Shown here piece after piece: positions 57,171 to 64,000 of a stretch of DNA of 64,000 bases. Both the position numbers and the translations under genes were made by a program. Source of the DNA: Eledone cirrhosa (lineage: Eukaryota). Under the pieces are notes generated by a model. That model did no database searches and was not told where the DNA came from. It worked only from the letters and a program-made list of their open reading frames with translations. The stretch lies in assembly GCA_964016885.1 (NCBI GenBank), contig OZ024742.1, positions 184,016,001 to 184,080,000 of the forward strand, read 5' to 3'. Each line of letters begins with the position of its first letter. The first letter of the stretch is position 1.

Positions 57171-60100
57171 GTGGTGATTATGGTTGGAGGTTAAGATGTG
57201 ACAATGATAATCCTAGCCAAGAAATGATTTAAGTCAGCCTCAGTGTTCCTCGCATTTATCAAAGGGCTTCTCTCGCCCGAGTCCCCCTGAGTCAAAGAAA
57301 AATCAGTATATTTGAGGGAAACAGTTAGGTATAAGGATTACCAAAAGCGTCAACAATGCTAGATAAACTTGATCTACTTGTAAATTTGGTGGATGAAGTT
57401 GAGTTAATCGCTCGTTTAGATAGATATTGTTTTTTGTCTTGTAAAGGTGTCCATCCATACTCCACACGCCAAATTGAAAGATATTGTCAGTTTCGACGTC
57501 AACGGCTCGATCATGAAACAAATAACACTTAATTGATTGTTGTTAAACTTTGGTTATAAGTTGGCATGGAGGAATATATGTTCTTTTCATGCTTTCAAAC
57601 AGAAACAGTAAGTATGGGAAGTGAAGTAAAAAAAATAGTTCAATAGGGAATTGAAACTATTTTACAGTCTCCGGCAAGTCAAGTGTTTACTGCGACTTTA
57701 AGCTGCCCGAAATGCAATAATGATGCCACAATGTATTACGTTTGAAAGTTCTCTTTTGCGCTTCTTTTTATTACAAAAGTTTGACATCACCGAAAACTCT
57801 GCTATCTGATAACAGATTAACTCTGAAGAGATGTGAAATAGCGGTGTCATTTTAGGTTTTAAGAGAATATAATTATGTCTAGCTTCTCACATTGACATTC
57901 GAAAACAGGACATAACATTACTTTTAGCCTGAAAGTACTATAACACAGCCATAATATAAAGCTTCTCAAGAACAAAAAACAACATGCTAAAATATTTTCC
58001 TCATCCAAAGACTATAAACAAATATGAATAATACTTACTTGACTCATACTAGAATTGTGAGGGGTAGTCAGTATTACTACACCCGGTGGCAATAGACTGC
58101 CATTAAAAAAAAGTATCCTTGTTTTGTGTATGTGGGATGGGACAGATACTGAAGAACACCCAGGGGCGTATTATTCAGAAGGCTGCCTAGAATTCTTTTG
58201 TTGTAGTGGGGCAAATGATTGAAATACCAGAGAAGAGCCAAAATACCTGAAAAGCTAAGGGTACGGCCATGGGTTAATACGGCGACAATCAAACTTATCT
58301 TCAAGATGTGCTCATTGGTTGATTTTAACTCAATAATCCAAACTAACGAAATACATATCTATTAAACAGCACTCTCATTTCTTCCGACAGTGACCAATGC
58401 TTCATATGTGTAATGTTTCCGATGTTATAGCTTAATGGAGTTAGCCAACAAATGTAAGGTATAGTAATCAACTGCACAGCGCAGTTTAGAAACTAAAGAA
58501 GGATCAACCATTTAACGATTAGGCTTAGGCCCTATCGACTAGGCTAACTGCTTCAAAATAGAGAGAAAGATCCCGAAACAGAAAACATAACCTTAAACAG
58601 TTAAAACTCAAAACCGAACATTTTGATGAGAAAACACTTCCTTTGCTACATTACCATCAGTTAGGAGTTTGGCAAAGATCATATTTCCTATTGTAAATCA
58701 GCATATAACTTGATTTAAACAGTAGCTTTTAATTTTTAATTTATTTATTTTACTTATGGTGGTTTCACCCTCTCACTACCATATTTTTAATTTTAAAAAT
58801 TCCATGATTTTCAAATAATTTTGAAAATGATGAACAAATTTTAAAGGATTTAGTAAGATGACTACCTTTCTCATTATTAAACTAGTGTTTGGAATATAAC
58901 TTATAATGGAAGGTTTTTAGATAAATATAAACAATTTAAAACAAGGCTTTCTGCCCCTTTTTTTTAAAGTCAACTTTGAAATAATAATCTTTACTGAAAA
59001 TGAATGCGAGTAACTTAAGTACAGAATAACAGTATTTATGAAAATTTGTTATAAAAGTGTTCAATAATAAATTTATCATTAGTTAGTTGTATTTGTTCGC
59101 CCTAATCATAAGCTTAGAGAGAAAGTTCAGCAACTTACAATAGTTGTAGAATTAAACATATTGACAAAATAATAACTTTCTTCGTTAGAAGTTAAATGCC
59201 GAAACACTTGCTTGAGAGGGGTTTCTTCTTTAAAGATCTTCTGCCGTCCAGCTCTTCTGAGAGTTTCTTAAAACTGATGTGAGTTTCATTCCCACGGGCG
59301 ATGCTGCCACGTTTTCCCTCTCTATAGGTCTCTATGAAGCAGCTTACAATAAGTTAACATACTTTCTAAATTCAAGATTTGCTTCATATTTCTTGATTAC
59401 CATTGATTCTTTCTTTAAAACTTTGTATTTTTTTTTACATCTAAATCCATTCAAGTATTTAAAGAAACTTGCCCCTCACGTAATAACAAATTTCCTGAAA
59501 TCTTCTCAATATAAAAATCAGACATGGCTGTGGAGGTTAAACGTTTATTTCGCAACCACGTTATTTCGAATTCACTCTCACTATGTGGCACCTTGGACAA
59601 GTGCAACCACTAGCCTCAATTTGACCAATGCTTTGAGAGTAGAATTTGGTGGATGGAAATTGTGTGGAGGTTCGTCGTGTATATGTATGTATATGTATGT
59701 ATATATCCCTCTCCATATCTAAACACAATCGATTTCCACTAGAGAAGGAGAGAGAGCAACACAATTTAAAAACTATTACAAAACCAACTGGGGAACAGCA
59801 AAATGTTAAAAAGAAATTTCTCAACATAACTTGGAGGTCTACGTCCAATATTTATACACAACGTATACACACACACACAAAACATCTACATTCACAACAT
59901 CCGTCACCCCTATACTAATAATTAGAGCAGGTTGGTTGTTGTTTTACAGAGAGGGCTGGGCCATGGTCTTGAAGGACACGTTTGAATTTAATTTATTGCT
60001 GTTGCTGTATGATCGGGGTGTAGGCTCGACTAGGATTATGATTTGCGTTTGCTTGGTCGTGGATGACATGGATTTCGTTCTCGTTAAGGCACATACAAAC

Positions 60101-60615
60101 TTAATTATATATAAATGGTAAATGTAAATATATGTTTTGAGACAATAATAACACTTGCCAGAAAATTAACTGTAGTGAGCAGAAACAAAACACGTGAGAG
60201 AATTGGGAAACTAGTGAAGGAAGGGGAGAGAGAGGGGGAGAGAGAGTGTGTGTGTGGGGTGGGGAAGACAGACAGATAGACAGTAGGACAAACAGAGTGA
60301 GTGTATGGGGGGGGGGGATGCAGACAGACTGACAGAGAGAATGAGAGAGGAAAAAGATAGGAAGTGTAGATAGTTAGAGTTGGGAGTCAATCTGAGAGAA
60401 TAAGAGGTAGAGGGGGGAGGCGAAAGAGGTGGAGGGGCAAAAGAGGTGGGGGATAGAGAAGTAGATATAGAACGTTACAGAGGGGAGAAATATAGAGGGT
60501 TTAAGGAGAGAGAACTCACAATGAGCTGAGATAAACTTGGGTGCCACCCACCGTTTCTACATGGATAATAATCTACATCTGTATACACACATGTATCCAT
60601 ATACATACATATATG

Positions 60616-60890
60616 TAGAGAGGGAGAGAGAGGGAGAGGGAGGGAGGGAGAGAGAGGGAGAGAGAGGGAGAGAGAGGGAGGGAGAGAGAGGGAGAGAGAG
60701 GGAGAGAGAGAGAGGGAGAGAGAGAGGGAGAGAGAGGGAGAGAGATGGAGAGAGCCAGAGAGAGGGAGAGAGAGGGAGAGGGAGAGAGAGAGGGGGGAGA
60801 GAGGGAGAGAGAGGGAGAGAGAGAGGGAGAGAGGGAGAGAGAGGGAGAGAGAGAGGGAGAGAGGGAGAGAGAGGGAGAGAGAGAGAGAGA
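60616..60890. repeat. (GA/GGA)n polypurine tract
   Basis: Near-pure purine tract on the + strand. Confidence 0.9.
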
Positions 60891-61426
60891 AAGATGTATG
60901 CACGCATCTATAGCGGAATGGATCTCCATCGCTTACGACTACGATAATTCCAACAGAACAGCTTGCTCGTGAAATTAACGTGTAAGTGACTGAGCACTCC
61001 ACAGACACGTGTACACATAACGTAATTCTCAAGGAAATTCAACATGATACAGTGAATGACAGGACGGGTCCATGAAATTACTGGTACAATTCATTTTTGT
61101 CAGTCAGCTGAGTATACACACTATCATATCCACACACATTTATCCACACACGCATATCTACACACACACAACCACTACACATAGATCTATATCTATGTAC
61201 ACACATCTATTTCTTCCTCCCTATTCATTCCTCTTTTCTCTTATTTCATCTCATTTTATCTCTCTCTTCTACTTCACCTATATATGCACACGTCTATATA
61301 CATACTTCTATTTATAGATCTATATGCACACATCTATAATAACATACGTCAACTAACATACGAAAGGCAATTATTTTGCTAAAGTGCAATATAATGTGTA
61401 ATATTAAAGCTTCTTCTCTCAATATG

Positions 61427-61498
<72 letters not shown>

Positions 61499-61708
61499 GC
61501 TTTCTAATATATTTATGAATGAAAACTAACTCAGCGTTTTCAACAGATTGAATAACTTCCTTTCTCACAATCATATTGACTTATCGATTATTGGAGCTAC
61601 CAAGAAACCATTGAAAACAGGAAAGCTCCAACCTCAACATCTTGTGCGTGTGCGCGCGCGTAGTTTCTCATCAATACACACACATGCGTATGTGTAGGGA
61701 CAGATATG

Positions 61709-61886
61709 CGGATTGGCAGTATCGGTAGAGGGTCGGGCGCCATGCTTTCCAGCATAGTTACGTCCCTTTACGATCTGAGTTCAAATCCCGCCGAGGTTGA
61801 CTTTGCCTTTCATCCTTACGGGGTCGATAAAATAAAGTACCAGTAATGCACTGGGTAATTGGTGGCCTTGTGCCTAAAGTAGAAAC

Positions 61887-61891
<5 letters not shown>
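61709..61891 (+). mobile_element. Family A SINE
   Basis: Full-length consensus match. Confidence 0.85.
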
Positions 61892-61932
<41 letters not shown>

Positions 61933-61945
61933 ATATATATATGTA

Positions 61946-61980
<35 letters not shown>

Positions 61981-62274
61981 TAGGATTGGTGCCCTGAAAT
62001 AGCGATGTATACATGAATGCATGTATAGTGTATTTGGTAATTTAATTAAAAACATTTTGAAGACGTTGCGCTATCATTTTAAAGTAGTGACTATGTCATT
62101 TACTTCTTTTTTCGGCAAAGGAAGGGAGAGAAGCTGACATATTCTGTTTCACACTGTTGGTGTTCCTCAGGACAACGTACTCCCCGACTTCTGCCGAAAA
62201 TTATAGAGGCTGGATTCTTAGAGAACACCAGTAATAATCAGGAACTGATTATACAGAACGATTGCCGGTCCAGC

Positions 62275-62312
<38 letters not shown>

Positions 62313-62592
62313 AATAGAATGAAACGAAATTTCATTTCTCACTCTTAGTACGGCACTTACTTAAATGTAAGTATGTATGTATACGTATACGTACATACAT
62401 ATATGTATACAGACGTACAGTAGTATGTATATATATATACATACATGCACACATATATATATGCACGTATCGGTTTACCGAACATTTATTATAATGCTCG
62501 GTTTGTTTGTTTGTAAACAAACAAACAGCCCGAATTACGCCGTACAGTGTTTAGGCAACCACGTCACCTTTTTGTTCAACACTGACACAGGA

Positions 62593-62635
62593 ACGATGTA
62601 CTAGTTTCAAGCTTATTAGCTATCATCAGCATTGT
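62593..62635 (-). ncRNA. Minimal hammerhead (mirror copy)
   Basis: Reverse complement of 62746-62788 with one stem I change. Confidence 0.75.
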
Positions 62636-62745
62636 ATACCTTCCTGCCAGATGGTTGAACAATATGCAAATTAGGCTGCTCAGCCGTTAATAATAATAAG
62701 GAAAGTATATACTTTCAGACGATCAACCATCTGGCAGGAAAGTAT

Positions 62746-62788
62746 ACGATGCTGATGATAGCTAATAAGCTTGAAACTAGTACATCGT
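62746..62788 (+). ncRNA. Minimal type I hammerhead ribozyme
   Basis: ACGATG-CTGATGA-T-AGCT-AATA-AGCT-T-GAAAC-TA-GTA/CATCGT, with palindrome ACTAGT. Confidence 0.85.
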
Positions 62789-63005
62789 TCCTGTGTCAGT
62801 GTTGAACAAAAAGGTGACGTGGTTGCCTAAACACTGTACTGCGTAATTCGGGCTGTTTGTTTACAAACAAACAAACCGAGCATTATAATAAATGTTCGGT
62901 AAACCGATACGTGCATGTATATATGTGTGCATGTATGTATATATATACATACTACTGTACGTCTGTATACATATATGTATGTACGTATACATACATACAT
63001 ACTTA

Positions 63006-63049
<44 letters not shown>

Positions 63050-63101
63050 AGTATGTATGTATGTATACATACATACATATATGTATACAGACGTACAGTA
63101 G

Positions 63102-63133
<32 letters not shown>

Positions 63134-63136
<3 letters not shown>

Positions 63137-63883
63137 GTGTCCCAACGACTTTCTTTAGCCGTTGCTCGCACCAACCGGAGGTATATGGTCTTTAAAGCGA
63201 TGAAATACCAATGAAGGTTGGAAGATCACTGATGAAGGACTAACTTTATTCATGTGTAACCCATTTGCAACCACGCTGCACGTTTGTTTTCAAATTCACA
63301 CATATTTTCCCCCGCTGTGACCCGTCTATTTCGTTCTTACTGCTTCCTCTTTCTCTGTATCTTTACCCTTTCTAACAGTCACTCTCTCTGTTAGCCTCTT
63401 CCTCACCCTTCACTCACTCACTCTCTGCTACTACCTTTCCTACTTCCTCCCGTTTGACCTGTGCGTAATTCTTTTCTCGCGCACGCTTGACCAGGCTGGT
63501 TGTTCCTTTTTTCTCTCTTGTCTACGATTTCACAGAACCTATGTTCACCGAATTCAGGGACTAGACTCCTTCTTCCTCCCGTTTGACCTGTGCGGAATTC
63601 CTTCCTTGCTCACATTTCGACTAGGTTTGATGGTCTTTATTCTCTCTCGTTCACGATTTCACCGAACTTATATTCATGGAAATCTGGGACTTGACTCTTT
63701 CTTCCTCATTTTTCGTTGCTTTACCATCTTTGTTTGTTTACAATCTCGCTCGTTCCCTTTATTTACGTGTCCCAACGACTTTCTTTAGCGGTGGCTCGCA
63801 CCAACCGGAGGTATATGGTCTTTAAATCGACGAAATACCAATGAAGGTTGGAAGATCACTGATGAAGGACTAACTTTATTCAT
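63134..63883. mobile_element. Non-coding element with 120-bp terminal direct repeats (630-bp period), flanked by (TA)n
   Basis: 63134-63253 matches 63764-63883. An opposite-strand copy spanning the repeat lies at ~51515-51805. Confidence 0.75.
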
Positions 63884-64000
63884 ATATATATATATATATA
63901 TATAACGAAGGAATTATGGTAAGGAACCAGATGGACCATAACGCACCAGAGTACTCAATACTTAGGGTAGTAGAGTGGGAAATAGGAAAAAAGGAGAGAA

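Noticed and set aside
57303-59722. Non-repetitive ORFs 57303-57521, 58077-58304 and 59279-59722
   Set aside because: No recognisable domain or consistent splice structure; cannot be supported without a homology search.

Overview
AT-rich, microsatellite-saturated eukaryotic DNA. The SINE families and repeat landscape suggest an octopus/cephalopod, which is an inference. No intact host gene is evident and almost all listed ORFs are microsatellite artefacts. Recognisable content: a decayed Tc1/mariner transposon (7156-8403); two decayed Penelope-like retroelements (PLEs; 1243-3210 and ~45630-47876); fragments of L1/Tx1, RTE and CRE-type LINEs; a hAT-type MITE; about 20 tRNA-derived SINE copies; and a ~14.8 kb trinucleotide-derived satellite that flips from (GGT)n to (ACC)n polarity. 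The main signal is that the short unique islands between (TA)n arrays are not random. They are 100-750 bp non-coding elements from many unrelated sequence families carrying type I hammerhead ribozymes (HHRs). I folded about 14 HHR motifs with intact cores and about 12 degenerate or partial ones by eye. Many have palindromic minimal stem III. The elements often show fold-back inversions that begin at the ribozyme, two show terminal redundancy suggestive of a circular template, and many share a TTGAGT motif near the 3' end. Together this suggests a diverse (TA)n-targeting retrozyme population mobilised by PLEs.
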